Assembly: GCA_964448875.1 (NCBI GenBank)
Contig: CAYUXV010000216.1
Location: 1-41,950 of the forward strand
From: an uncultured Verrucomicrobiota bacterium
Lineage (GTDB): Bacteria; Verrucomicrobiota; Verrucomicrobiia; Limisphaerales; UBA1100
Direction: 5' to 3'
DNA length: 41,950 nt
The notes beneath the pieces are model-generated. The model was not told the DNA's origin. It did no database searches and saw only the letters and a list, made by a program, of their open reading frames with translations. A program made the position numbers and the translations under genes. Below are positions 16,348 through 26,580 of this stretch, piece after piece; position 1 is the first letter of the stretch; each line of letters begins with the position of its first letter.

Positions 16348-19191
16348 ATGCGTCTCCTGCTGTTTCTCCCCCTGATCACTTCCCTGTCTATTCAGGCCAC
16401 TCGTGTGCCTTGGACAACCTCACGGATTATCGGGCTGCCGGGGCCGCCGGAGCCATACAAGCTGGAGCGGGCGTTCCCCAAGCTGTCTTTCCAGAAACCG
16501 GTTGAAATGGTGTGGTCACCTGAATTAAAGCGTTTCGCCTTATTGGAATTAAGCGGGAAGGTGTTCACATTTACTGATGACCAAAACGTTGAAAACCCGG
16601 CGTTGATGATCGATTTAGCGGAGACGGTAAAGAGTCAACGAGCTTACGGGATGGTGTTTCACCCACAGTTTGCCAAAAACCGCTTCATTTATCTTTGTTA
16701 CATCGACGAGCGTAATAAAGAGGAGGGAACAAAAGTGTCACGCTTCAAGGTGCGCGACACGGAGCCGCCGACTATTGATACCGATTCAGAGAAGATTATT
16801 ATCACCTGGAGATCAGGCGGTCACAACGGCTGTAGCCTACAGTTTGGACCGGATGGCTTTCTCTATATTTCAACAGGGGATGCCACAGCACCCAGCCCGC
16901 CGGATGGATTAAACACCGGACAGGACGTTAGCGACCTGTTGTCCTCAGTGCTCCGAATTGACGTAGACCATACGACGGATGGGAAGGCATACCGTGTGCC
17001 GGCGGACAATCCGTTTGTGGATTTAAAAGGTGCGCGGCCTGAGGTATGGGCGTACGGATTTCGTAATCCTTGGCGAATGAGCTTCGACCGAAAGACCGGC
17101 GACCTGTGGGTGGGCGACGTGGGTTGGGAGAAAATGGAAATGATCTTCAAGGTGCGAAGTGGGGGTAATTATGGCTGGAGTGTCACCGAGGGCAGCCAGC
17201 CCGTAAAACCCAATGACAAGCGTGGTCCCACACCCATTCTTGCGCCAACGGTAGAACATCCACACACCGAGGCATGCAGTATAACCGGCGGGCAAATGTA
17301 TCACGGCAAACGACTCAAGGCTTTGTCTGGTGCTTATGTTTACGGCGACTTTGTGACCGGAAAAATCTGGGGTTTACGCGAATCTGACCATTGGCATGGC
17401 GAATTAACTGACACGACGCTTGCCATTATTTGCTTTGCTGTGGATGAGGACAGTGAGCTGTACGTTGTTGACCACAATGGTCCTATTTACCGTCTTACGG
17501 AAAATGTCACTGAATCAAACACAGAAACGTTCCCCAGAAAACTGAGTGGGACAGGCTTATTCGCCTCCATTAATAATCTACAACCCGCAAGTGGCGTGTT
17601 GCGTTATACCATAAACGCTGAGACATGGCATGACCATGCGAGTGCACAACGGCTTGTGGCCCTTCCAGGCAAAACGAAGCTTGGAATTTACGATAAGAAC
17701 GACGGCTATAAGGGTTATGTGAAGGGTGCATGGAGCTTCCCGGATGGTGCCGTGCTCGCCAAAACGGTCTCTATGGAAATGGAAACGGGCAAACCCGCGA
17801 GTGTCCGTCATATTGAAACGCAAATTCTCCACCGACATAACGACCAATGGCACGCCGTTAACTATCTATGGAACGATACACAAACAGATGCTGTTCTTGC
17901 AGCCAATGAAGGCCGTACCTCTGTATTTAAAGTTAAAGATCCGGACGCGCCTGGTGGAATACGTCGCCAGATGTGGCACCATGCCAGCCGCACCGAGTGC
18001 ATGCTCTGCCATAATAACAGATCCGGAAACATTTGGAGTTTTAATCTCGCACAGCTCAATACTGGTGAACAATTGGACGCATTAGTCGCTAGCAAAATTT
18101 TCGAAAATCCTTTACCCAAAAAGCTAGGTAAAATCACCAATCCGCACGACGTAAAAGCCGATCTTAACGACCGCGCACGTGCCTATCTACATGTCAACTG
18201 TACCCATTGTCACACCAGAGGCGGTGGTGGCACAGCGGTGTTACAAACACAATTGGGAATGACTCTCGAACAAACCAAGCTCGTAAATGAAAAGCCCACG
18301 CAAGGCAACCTCGGCATAAAAGGCGCAATGGTTATAGCCGCGGGTGACCCGTATCGTTCCGTGCTCTACCACCGCATGGCCAAGCTTGGCCCCGGACGTA
18401 TGCCGCACTTTGGTTCGCAAACCGTGGACAAACAGGGGCTGGCCCTCATCCGGCATTGGATTGCCAACATGCCTCACGATGGGGACAAACCTATCGTCGC
18501 AGTCATAAACGCAATAACGCTCAAGAATTTTCAGAACGGCAAGATTGGTGCCATCAACAAGCTGCTCGATTCACCCGAAAGTGCCCTGCTGCTCGCAGAT
18601 GCCATCACCGGCGAAGATCTGGAGCAACTAAACATCCGCGAAGCTGTCGCCACTGCCGCCAACCACAAAAGCTCGTTTATTCGCGATCTATTCCTGCGCT
18701 ATCAGAAACAATCTACCACCAACAAAAAAATAATTGGCCCCACTCCCAACCCTGCCGAAATCCTCGAATTACAAGGTGATGTAATACGTGGTCGCGACAT
18801 TTTCCGTCGTGCCGATCTGCTCTGCCTTAACTGTCATCAAGCCCAAGGACAAGGCCGTGAATTCGGCCCAGCTCTTGCTGGTCTCGGCCGCAAATACAAT
18901 CGCGAACAAGTTCTTGACCAAATCCTCAAACCATCCAAAGCCATTCATCCTGACTATGTCCTGCAGGAGGTACTGCTTAAAGAGGGTGAATCATTGGTCG
19001 GCTTTATTCGCAACCGCACAGAAAAGGAAGTTGTCCTGCTCGATCCCGCCCTCCAGGAACACCGCATCCTCTTCACCAGGATAAAATCCATCCGACCCAA
19101 TCCTCTCTCTGCCATGCCTCTTGGTCTCACCCAAAATCTGACCACACAGGAGGCAGCTGATTTGATCGATTATTTACGGTCGTTGAAATGA
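16348..19191 (+). CDS. Glucose/sorbosone (PQQ-type beta-propeller) dehydrogenase domain protein with three c-type heme motifs
   Basis: HNGCSLQFGPDGFLYISTGD, YGFRNPWRMSFD, GGNYGW; CMLCH, CTHCH, CLNCH; signal peptide. Confidence 0.88.
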   Translation: MRLLLFLPLITSLSIQATRVPWTTSRIIGLPGPPEPYKLERAFPKLSFQKPVEMVWSPELKRFALLELSGKVFTFTDDQNVENPALMIDLAETVKSQRAYGMVFHPQFAKNRFIYLCYIDERNKEEGTKVSRFKVRDTEPPTIDTDSEKIIITWRSGGHNGCSLQFGPDGFLYISTGDATAPSPPDGLNTGQDVSDLLSSVLRIDVDHTTDGKAYRVPADNPFVDLKGARPEVWAYGFRNPWRMSFDRKTGDLWVGDVGWEKMEMIFKVRSGGNYGWSVTEGSQPVKPNDKRGPTPILAPTVEHPHTEACSITGGQMYHGKRLKALSGAYVYGDFVTGKIWGLRESDHWHGELTDTTLAIICFAVDEDSELYVVDHNGPIYRLTENVTESNTETFPRKLSGTGLFASINNLQPASGVLRYTINAETWHDHASAQRLVALPGKTKLGIYDKNDGYKGYVKGAWSFPDGAVLAKTVSMEMETGKPASVRHIETQILHRHNDQWHAVNYLWNDTQTDAVLAANEGRTSVFKVKDPDAPGGIRRQMWHHASRTECMLCHNNRSGNIWSFNLAQLNTGEQLDALVASKIFENPLPKKLGKITNPHDVKADLNDRARAYLHVNCTHCHTRGGGGTAVLQTQLGMTLEQTKLVNEKPTQGNLGIKGAMVIAAGDPYRSVLYHRMAKLGPGRMPHFGSQTVDKQGLALIRHWIANMPHDGDKPIVAVINAITLKNFQNGKIGAINKLLDSPESALLLADAITGEDLEQLNIREAVATAANHKSSFIRDLFLRYQKQSTTNKKIIGPTPNPAEILELQGDVIRGRDIFRRADLLCLNCHQAQGQGREFGPALAGLGRKYNREQVLDQILKPSKAIHPDYVLQEVLLKEGESLVGFIRNRTEKEVVLLDPALQEHRILFTRIKSIRPNPLSAMPLGLTQNLTTQEAADLIDYLRSLK

Positions 19192-19199
19192 TCGAACAA

Positions 19200-19712
19200 C
19201 TAATCGTGATTTTTTACCCACAACCAAAGAGGCTTTAAGTCCTCATCACCCATTGCTGCAGTGCGAATGCCTTTGCCCCCAATTTTCAAAGCGCGCGCAA
19301 GATTTGGCTTGGCCTCCCCAAGTCGTTCAAGTTGGCAGAGATAGCATGCGATATTATAGGGGATCATCCATTCCTCGGGAAAATTTTCCGCCACACTTGT
19401 TAGCACGGACAAGGCTTCATCCATGCCACCACTATCTACACGTCGCGTGGCATAGGCAAGATGCAGCCAAAAGCCTGGTTCATCTGGAAACTGATTTGTA
19501 AGCCAGTCGGCCATGTCCCGTGCCTTAACCCATTCGCCATCAAGAATCCATGCATCCAGCCAAGCAGAGCACACAAAGGGGTGCGCTTGGAGTTCAGGTT
19601 GGATTTTATCCAGTTCGGCGTAAGCCTCCTTTGGATTTCGTAAGCCCGTCCAGCCCTGGGCAGCTTCCCAGTGGTGCACGTCTGGTGGTAGCAAAGGCTC
19701 AATATCCTGCAC
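19200..19712 (-). CDS. TPR-like helical repeat protein
   Basis: AAQGW, WLHLAYA.R, IPYNIACY.CQL, A..DEDLKPLW. Confidence 0.75.
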   Translation of the reverse strand: MQDIEPLLPPDVHHWEAAQGWTGLRNPKEAYAELDKIQPELQAHPFVCSAWLDAWILDGEWVKARDMADWLTNQFPDEPGFWLHLAYATRRVDSGGMDEALSVLTSVAENFPEEWMIPYNIACYLCQLERLGEAKPNLARALKIGGKGIRTAAMGDEDLKPLWLWVKNHD

Positions 19713-19801
19713 GTGCTGATTATTTCAGTTTCCAACGAGATGCCAACTCCATAAAGTTTGACCATTAATCGCTGGTGCAGCTGGCCAGACTTTATGTTGC
19801 T

Positions 19802-20950
19802 ATGAGTCGTTCAAAAATCGAAAGTGTAACTGAAATTGCGCAAGCGCTAGTTTGCATCCCAAGCGTCAATCCAGCCTATGATTCTGAAAGTTTCGGTGAG
19901 GCGCCAGTTGTAAAATGGCTCGAAGATTGGGGATGGAGCCATGGCCTAGAACCAGTCCGTCAGCCTTGTCTTGAGAATCGTGACAATATCAACTTCACTA
20001 TTCGTAATGGCGATGGTCGGCATCTGCTTTTTAACGGACATACCGATACGGTAAGCATCGCCGGTATGTCCATCGATCCGTTTAACGGCGACATTAAAGA
20101 TGGTTGCCTTTGGGGACGCGGAGCAACTGATATGAAAGGTCCTTTGGCAGGAATGCTTTCTAGTTTGTTGCGACTCCGTGAAAGAGATGATTGGCGAGGC
20201 ACGCTTACCGTCAGTTGTGTTGTCGATGAGGAGTACAAATACCGCGGTATCCTTTCACTGCTCGACGACAACGACCCGTGGGACTTTGCAGTTGTTGGTG
20301 AACCCACCAGCCTGCGGGTTGTGCGTGGTTGCAAAGGCAGTTGCCGTTTCACCATCCATACCGAGGGTCGAGCCGCACACAGCAGCGAGCCAGGCAAAGG
20401 CGCCAATGCCATTGTCGGGATGGCCCGTGCGATTCCGTGCATAACTGGATTTTTTGAGAATGGTTTAGCGAAATTCACTCGGCCAGGATTCGGCCCGAGT
20501 ACTGGAAGTATCGGCCTCATACAAGGCGGTAGCGGCATCAATATTGTCCCCGAACGCTGCACTATCTCCATTGACATCCGCACCGTCCCCGACCAAGACT
20601 GGCGCACCACGTTTGCTGATTTTAAAAATCATGTTCGTGCTCATTGTGACGATCTGGGGGATGTGAAGCTCGTCTTTGACGAGCCTTCCCACTTCAGTCC
20701 CAGCTTTGAGACTGCGCCAGACCATCTGCTTGTTCAAACTGCCTGCGAAGTACTTGGGGAAAGTGAGACGAGTATTGTTCCTTTCGGATGTGACGGAAGC
20801 AAAATCGCCGCTAGAGATATCCCAACCATCGTCTTGGGTCCTGGCGACATCGCACAGGCACATACCAAGGATGAGTATATTACACTGCAGAATCTTGAGG
20901 CTGGTACGGCTGCTTACGAAAAATTGGCCGTCGAATTGCTAGCAAAATGA
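19802..20950 (+). CDS. M20 family metallopeptidase (ArgE/DapE-like deacylase)
   Basis: LFNGHTDTV, GRGATDMKG, VDEE, GEPT, GRAAHSS, GPGDIAQAHT.DE. Confidence 0.9.
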   Translation: MSRSKIESVTEIAQALVCIPSVNPAYDSESFGEAPVVKWLEDWGWSHGLEPVRQPCLENRDNINFTIRNGDGRHLLFNGHTDTVSIAGMSIDPFNGDIKDGCLWGRGATDMKGPLAGMLSSLLRLRERDDWRGTLTVSCVVDEEYKYRGILSLLDDNDPWDFAVVGEPTSLRVVRGCKGSCRFTIHTEGRAAHSSEPGKGANAIVGMARAIPCITGFFENGLAKFTRPGFGPSTGSIGLIQGGSGINIVPERCTISIDIRTVPDQDWRTTFADFKNHVRAHCDDLGDVKLVFDEPSHFSPSFETAPDHLLVQTACEVLGESETSIVPFGCDGSKIAARDIPTIVLGPGDIAQAHTKDEYITLQNLEAGTAAYEKLAVELLAK

Positions 20951-20979
20951 ACCGACCATCAATCGGCTTACATTCATCA

Positions 20980-22446
20980 TTACTCGTATCGCCATTTGAG
21001 TACCCATGGGTCTTGAGTAGCGGTCTGAAACTTCTTCAGCTTCGCCTTGTACTCCTCAAGCATTTTGGCGTGCTTAGGGGAGGTAGCGAGGTTAACGGAT
21101 TCATTCGGGTCGGCACTGATGTCGAACAACTCAAACTGCGGACGATGGATGTACTCTCGCACAGTCTTTTTCCCGTAAGAAGCACTCTGGCCTTTCTCCC
21201 ATTGAGCTTGCCAGCTGGGTGCGGCCCAGAGATCGCTGGCGAACGGATAGGGCAGTGGATGAGCAATGTTCCAAATGAGCTTAAACTTGCGGTCACGGAC
21301 CACACGCATGGGATAATACATTTGGATTTCGTGAAAGGTGTGACTGGCAAAAATGGCATCCCAGTCCTTTGGGTTTTTCTCCGCGATGATGGAGAGGAAA
21401 GATTTGCCGTGAAATGTGTACGGGCCTTTTTTGGTGCCGCGTCTGTTGGGCAGGTCAGCCAACTCGGGCTTGGCGGCGCGCTTTTGGGCGTCGTATCCGC
21501 CGGCAAAATCCAGCAGCGTGGGCACGATGTCCACAAAGCTAATCATGGCGTTGTTCGTGTTGCCACGTTTCTCCTGGTACGGGTTGCGTACGATGAAGGG
21601 CACGTGAAGGCCGCCCTCGTACACTGTTGTTTTACCTCCGGCAAAGGCCATGCCGTGATCGCTGGTGAACATAATAATCGTATTTTCCCATTTCCCATTC
21701 TTCTTGAGGATCTCCATCAACCGTCCCAACCCTTGATCCACGCGAGAGGTGCTCTGGTAATACTGCGCTAATTCGGCTCGCGTCTCTGGCGTGTCCGGCA
21801 AAAACGGCGGCACCGTTACCTTTGCAGGATCGTAAAATACTTCCTTCACGCCTGGGTATGCGCCCTTGTTGGGCTTATTGCCAAAACGGTTGGGTTTGTG
21901 CGGCAGCTCGGTTGCCACGCCTCCGCCGCGATGGGGGTCGCTGGTGGCATAGTAGAGAAAGAATGGCTTGTCTGATTCGGCCTTGATGAAGGCTTCGCAG
22001 TTGTTGGCCATCTCCACGGTACTACGGCTATTCCCTTTGATTTTTTCTTCAAAGAAATAAACATCCTCCGGTCCGTTGTGATGTTTGCCGATACGCGCGG
22101 TGCGGTAGCCGGCCTTGGCAAGAAGTATAGGCAGCGTTTTCACCCACGGAAAACTGCTGAACTTGTGATAACTATGAAGATGGCCGTAATGGCCGTTGCG
22201 ATGGTTATGCAGCCCAGTGAGCACCACAGACCGGCTGGCACTGCAACTGGCCGTGGTGGCGAAGGCGTAGCGGAAGAGAGTGCCATCGGCTGCGAGCCGA
22301 TCTATATTCGGAGTCACCGCCGCCATATCGCCGTAGCAGCCCATCGTAGGGCTGAGGTCATCGGCGATAACAAAGACTATATTCTTCTCCGCCGCCGAAA
22401 CAACGAAAGTGAATAGGGCAAAAAGTGTGACAAAAAATCGTGTCAT
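20980..22446 (-). CDS. Formylglycine-dependent sulfatase (N-sulfoglucosamine sulfohydrolase-like)
   Basis: NIVFVIADD, CSASRSVVLTG, GYRTARIGKHH, DPH, FTSDHG, GKTTVYEGG; signal peptide. Confidence 0.9.
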   Translation of the reverse strand: MTRFFVTLFALFTFVVSAAEKNIVFVIADDLSPTMGCYGDMAAVTPNIDRLAADGTLFRYAFATTASCSASRSVVLTGLHNHRNGHYGHLHSYHKFSSFPWVKTLPILLAKAGYRTARIGKHHNGPEDVYFFEEKIKGNSRSTVEMANNCEAFIKAESDKPFFLYYATSDPHRGGGVATELPHKPNRFGNKPNKGAYPGVKEVFYDPAKVTVPPFLPDTPETRAELAQYYQSTSRVDQGLGRLMEILKKNGKWENTIIMFTSDHGMAFAGGKTTVYEGGLHVPFIVRNPYQEKRGNTNNAMISFVDIVPTLLDFAGGYDAQKRAAKPELADLPNRRGTKKGPYTFHGKSFLSIIAEKNPKDWDAIFASHTFHEIQMYYPMRVVRDRKFKLIWNIAHPLPYPFASDLWAAPSWQAQWEKGQSASYGKKTVREYIHRPQFELFDISADPNESVNLATSPKHAKMLEEYKAKLKKFQTATQDPWVLKWRYE

Positions 22447-22495
22447 CTGTTTCAACCATACTGACAACCGTACGGTACTGTGAAAAACGCGAAGT

Positions 22496-25123
22496 CTAAT
22501 TTTGCCCTACCCGTTTGAGGAAGGCAATCAAATCCGCTAGTTCCTGTTTTGTCATCGCTTTCTCCAACTCGTTGGGCATTAGTGACAGAGGGCTGGCCCT
22601 TAGGGTTTTTACATCTTTACGGGCGAGCGTTTTCGTGATCCCCAACGGCATACGTAGAGTCAGGTTGTCGGGTGTTTCAGCCGTCAGCAATCCGGCAAAC
22701 GACTGGCCATCCTTGGTTTCAAGCTCATAGAGAGTGAAGCCTCCATGGACTTCATGGTTGGGTACAAGAATGTGTAGCAGTAGTGTCTCGGCCGGCTGAT
22801 TCGCCAAGCCTGTCAGGTCCGGTCCCAACGTATGGCCTTGTTCGGAATGCCTGTGACACATCGCACACACCTTGGTGAACGCTGCCATTCCGCGCTTTGC
22901 ATCCGCCTTCATCTTCAGGATGGGCTTGCTCGCTTCGTACACTTTCATGCGGTCTCCGCCTGATATTTTGGCGAATATCTTTTTTGCCCGTGCTCCCAGT
23001 GTCTTGTTCCGTTCCAGCGCCCGGCGGCGTGCCGGCGAAAGCGCATGCACTGGCACGATGTCATCCTCCAGAGCCGTAATTAGTGCCGGTTGGTAAATTG
23101 ACCGGCTCAACACCACACCAAGAACTGCCTCCCGCAAATCCGGCGCAAATCCACGCCAGCGCGCCTCGTCCATTAGCGCCGTTGCCACCTTGACGTTATT
23201 TAACCGCCCCAGTGATTTTGTTGCGGCTAGCTGAATTGGTTTCGGTTGCGAAGGGGTCAATAATGTTAAAAGCCTTTCCCCTTCTTTTTCGTAGCTTGAG
23301 TGAGCCAGAAACTCAATGCCGGCCACGCGTAAGCTGGAGTCGCCTTTTTCTCTCACTGCGCTGGCCCTAGCTATTCCGAAAATTTCCTCCACATTTTTTT
23401 TTGCCGGTAGATTTTCTGCCACGAGGGTTGTTATCTTCGGCTTTGCTCTTTCAGCAATGCCGTTGAGGAATGCCACACGTTCACTCGTTGCCCACCCGAA
23501 ATCCGTCGCCAAGTGCCTGGCTATGACGTCGTTAATTTGCTTTTGCGTGCGACTCTTTGCAATGATGCGCCCCAACGCTGCCAAGGCCGGAGCTATGTCA
23601 GCGCGTTTCGCTTTGCGTCCTTTCGCCAGTTCGTCGAGCAACTCGATGGATTGATTCCCCATGGAGCTGAACACCGCTGCGCGGGTCCACTTTTCGGTTG
23701 AGTTAGCCATGAGAATTTGCGCCAGGGCTTTTGTCTTTTGTGAATCCTTTACCGAACCCAGTTGCAATGCGGCCTGAAACCGCACATGGGCATCATCGGA
23801 CTCAGCGCGCTTAAGTAAGCTTGTCATCGGTGGAGTCTTGGGAAACTTGCCCAGGCTAAACTGTAGGGTTTTGCGGGCTGCGGCCTTGGCGTAGGGTATG
23901 GGTTTTTCGGGAGCATCGCCTTTTTGCACAACACGCCAGATGCGTCCCTTGTTGTCGCCGGCCTTGAAATCCAATTTGCCGCGCACATCCTCAGGGAGGT
24001 AGCGGGGATGATCGACATACTTGCGGTACATGTCGCAGAGATACAGGGAACCCTCCGGGCCCACCACACTGAAAACAGGACGAAACCATTGGTCTGGGGA
24101 GGCGAGGAAATCCTTCCCGGGCGTTGGATGCTCAGCAGAAAACGACCCGCCAGTTGGAATGAGCACCTGACGCTGCACGAGGTTTTGGGCGGGCTCGCAA
24201 ATAAAGGCACTCTTGCCACGAATACTGATACCACAAGCACTGGTGTAGGTGCCTGAGTGCTGCTTATTAATAAGGCTGGGGATAAAAGTGGCGGCAGTGG
24301 TATCGGGGCTGAGCGGATACACCTTACCGGCAACGGGCACCACGTTCTCAACCGTCTCGGTGAAGGCAAAATGCGGATTGCGCTTTAGGATGGCCGGCGA
24401 AAGTACAACGTGTATGAGTGGGTTGCGGTTGCTGACCACGAAACGGTTGCCTCGCTGGTCAAACGCCAACCCAAACTGCCCTGTGCCCGGAAGCGGTTCA
24501 TACACAAAGGTGTCCGGGTGAAATCGGCCGTCCTGCCTTTTGGCCGCCACGGCTGAACGTTCGGGGTGCAATGGGCTGGTGACATTTGCATCAGTTAGCC
24601 CGCTGGTAACATATACCCAGCCGTCCGCCCCCAGGACTGGATGCGCCACGCGCAACTGCTCGCTGCTGCTCTTGATGCCAAAGCCGGTGAGCACCACCTT
24701 GCGCACGTCTGCCTTTCCGTCACCGGTGGTGTCCTTCAAAAACCAGATATCCGGAGCACAGGTCAGGAAGATTCCACCGCGCCAAGTCATGAGTCCGTTG
24801 GGGAAAGTAAATCCCTCGGCAAAGGTCGTGCGTTTCTCATAACGACCATCACCATCCCTGTCTTCAAGGAGCGCAACAGTGCCAAGCTTAGGTGGATTAT
24901 CTCCCAGGTGTGGATAGCCACGACTTTCCGCAACGTACAGTCGTCCCTTCTCATCAAAGCACATTGCAACCGGGTCGAAGACCTGCGGCTCAGCCGCAAC
25001 CAACTCAATGCGAACTCCTTTCTCAATTTGGAAAGACCTGAGTGCCTGTGCTGGAGTCACCGGGCCCTGTGCAGCTTTTAGGTAGAACGATACAAGAAGC
25101 GCAAACAGACAGAAGCGGTGCAT
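22496..25123 (-). CDS. PVC-type membrane-bound dehydrogenase domain / HEAT / heme c (CxxCH) protein
   Basis: ELVAAEPQVFDPVAMCFD, FRPV....GP.G.LY.CDMYR, CAMCH...GPDL, SLMP. Confidence 0.88.
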   Translation of the reverse strand: MHRFCLFALLVSFYLKAAQGPVTPAQALRSFQIEKGVRIELVAAEPQVFDPVAMCFDEKGRLYVAESRGYPHLGDNPPKLGTVALLEDRDGDGRYEKRTTFAEGFTFPNGLMTWRGGIFLTCAPDIWFLKDTTGDGKADVRKVVLTGFGIKSSSEQLRVAHPVLGADGWVYVTSGLTDANVTSPLHPERSAVAAKRQDGRFHPDTFVYEPLPGTGQFGLAFDQRGNRFVVSNRNPLIHVVLSPAILKRNPHFAFTETVENVVPVAGKVYPLSPDTTAATFIPSLINKQHSGTYTSACGISIRGKSAFICEPAQNLVQRQVLIPTGGSFSAEHPTPGKDFLASPDQWFRPVFSVVGPEGSLYLCDMYRKYVDHPRYLPEDVRGKLDFKAGDNKGRIWRVVQKGDAPEKPIPYAKAAARKTLQFSLGKFPKTPPMTSLLKRAESDDAHVRFQAALQLGSVKDSQKTKALAQILMANSTEKWTRAAVFSSMGNQSIELLDELAKGRKAKRADIAPALAALGRIIAKSRTQKQINDVIARHLATDFGWATSERVAFLNGIAERAKPKITTLVAENLPAKKNVEEIFGIARASAVREKGDSSLRVAGIEFLAHSSYEKEGERLLTLLTPSQPKPIQLAATKSLGRLNNVKVATALMDEARWRGFAPDLREAVLGVVLSRSIYQPALITALEDDIVPVHALSPARRRALERNKTLGARAKKIFAKISGGDRMKVYEASKPILKMKADAKRGMAAFTKVCAMCHRHSEQGHTLGPDLTGLANQPAETLLLHILVPNHEVHGGFTLYELETKDGQSFAGLLTAETPDNLTLRMPLGITKTLARKDVKTLRASPLSLMPNELEKAMTKQELADLIAFLKRVGQN

Positions 25124-25239
25124 GGATTGATGGTACCGCCACATCGTGGCTTGGCAAGCCGAGCATTATATTGCTTTCGGGGTGCTTCTCCAAAACGGTC
25201 GTACGCCGATCATACGTGACAGCAGCGTATTCCCTTTGT

Positions 25240-25356
25240 TTACATGGAATTAGACCACACTTCCCAAACTGTTTTTATAAAGGTGACCGCACTTACAATT
25301 GCAGAAGCGGTCGCGATCCCGAATATGAATTTGAGTTGAGCTGGTAGCGTGTGCAT
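25240..25356 (-). CDS. Putative 38-aa single-TM microprotein
   Basis: Hand translation: MHTLPAQLKFIFGIATASAIVSAVTFIKTVWEVWSNSM*. Confidence 0.4.
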   Translation of the reverse strand: MHTLPAQLKFIFGIATASAIVSAVTFIKTVWEVWSNSM

Positions 25357-25387
25357 TTCTTTTTCTTTTTATAAAAAATTTGTCCGT

Positions 25388-25555
25388 TCACGCAGTGATA
25401 TTTACCTTGCACCGAGAATGAAGAGGCCAACACGTTGAGAGAGAAAAGCCTTTGAGTCGCATACGCCTGGTTTGCCATTTTTCAAGCACCAATGCCGCAT
25501 CGACAATGATCACCACCATGAATATAAAACCGATTAATAATTCGAATATAGTCAT
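25388..25555 (-). CDS. Putative 55-aa single-TM microprotein
   Basis: Hand translation: MTIFELLIGFIFMVVIIVDAALVLEKWQTRRMRLKGFSLSTCWPLHSRCKVNITA*. Confidence 0.45.
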   Translation of the reverse strand: MTIFELLIGFIFMVVIIVDAALVLEKWQTRRMRLKGFSLSTCWPLHSRCKVNITA

Positions 25556-25567
25556 TAGATTTTTTAA

Positions 25568-25741
25568 TTAGGGACTTAGGAATACTGATGAGAAAAACCA
25601 TATCATTGCCGCTATCGCAATAATTCCAATAATCCAAATCAGACAATCGAATATATTAATGTGTTTGCTTTGTTCTCCTTGAATATTCACCTGGTTCGAT
25701 CCTTTTTTTGTTTCCTGTTCTTTATTCGGGATGTTCGTCAA
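25568..25741 (-). CDS. Putative 57-aa tail-anchored microprotein (TTG start)
   Basis: Hand translation: MTNIPNKEQETKKGSNQVNIQGEQSKHINIFDCLIWIIGIIAIAAMIWFFSSVFLSP*. Confidence 0.45.
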   Translation of the reverse strand: MTNIPNKEQETKKGSNQVNIQGEQSKHINIFDCLIWIIGIIAIAAMIWFFSSVFLSP

Positions 25742-25790
25742 TCTGGATGCATCATCTGTTCGGATCCTTTTTTTGGCAAAAAGAAGCAGG

Positions 25791-25811
25791 TAAGGGTTTC
25801 GCGTATCCTTA
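25791..25811. promoter_or_regulatory. Degenerate TAAGGG-N3-CCCTTA box
   Basis: taagggtttcgcgtatcctta, 50 bp upstream of the microprotein cluster. Confidence 0.45.
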
Positions 25812-25853
25812 ATGAGCAGGATGCCTATTCTTAAATGGGTGCCGTGAAAGGCT

Positions 25854-26237
25854 TTAACGAAGAGGCCGAAGGGTGTCGCTGGCCTGCATTGTTTGTGAAA
25901 TATTTAACGCGTATTGGAATGCCGTTTGTAATGAGCCAATCCGCGCAAAGGCCTCAGCATTATTGTCACTAGTGCTCGACAACTCACGCGCGAGGCCACT
26001 TGAGGCTTTGTTGAAAGCACCTGCAATTTGTCCTTCGGTTGGGCGTGTGTTTACTGCGTGTGCAGTTGTTTTGTCCCAGTCAACGCTCGGCACAACGCTT
26101 GCGGTTGTGCGTGGTATGGTCTGCGGGAATGCATCGATAGCTTTTTGTCCAGCGGGCTGCTGGGGAGGCGTACGTACGTACCTCACCTGCATTTCATTCA
26201 GCCTCGATGATGCCGATGATATCCCTAAACTATCCAT
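25854..26237 (-). CDS. Hypothetical S/T/A/Q-rich protein
   Basis: 127-129 aa ORF (MDSLGISSASSRLNEMQ...) with no Sec signal and an amphipathic C-terminus. Confidence 0.6.
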   Translation of the reverse strand: MDSLGISSASSRLNEMQVRYVRTPPQQPAGQKAIDAFPQTIPRTTASVVPSVDWDKTTAHAVNTRPTEGQIAGAFNKASSGLARELSSTSDNNAEAFARIGSLQTAFQYALNISQTMQASDTLRPLR

Positions 26238-26258
26238 TGCCAAGGTGGGCGCATATTC

Positions 26259-26285
26259 GAGTCGGCTAATGCACCGGCCGCTTCA
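26259..26285 (-). promoter_or_regulatory. sigma28 (FliA)-like promoter
   Basis: Minus strand reads TGAA-N15-GCCGACTC against the consensus TAAA-N15-GCCGATAA, 21 nt upstream of ATG 26237. Confidence 0.5.
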
Positions 26286-26378
26286 CGCTGCCGCTAGGAG
26301 AGTATTCGCATTTGCCAGACTATTTAAGAACCCGGACGAGGCTTTCAACCTAGTCAGGTTTTTACAAATGAAACCATC

Positions 26379-26393
26379 TAAGGGAATCCCTTA
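26379..26393. promoter_or_regulatory. Palindromic box TAAGGG-AAT-CCCTTA (candidate NarL/LuxR-type operator)
   Basis: Perfect 6-3-6 inverted repeat that recurs in this locus. Confidence 0.65.
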
Positions 26394-26580
26394 TTTGAAT
26401 TAATTGTCAGGTCTGCCGGTTCAACAGCAGCTCGGAAAAAGCCGGAGTCATGCCATCTTGCTCAAGAAGACAAACAATCCCCCGCAAAAAACAATCAGGT
26501 CTTAAGGAATAATGATGGAGAAGATTACATCACGGTCAAAATCGTTGCGCTGAGAATGACCTGAATCCGGAAGTCGATGG

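Noticed and set aside
20947-21771. 274-aa + strand ORF
   Set aside because: It is an antisense shadow of the sulfatase. The same applies to 19960-20610, 36743-37369, 38475-39068 and most short track ORFs.
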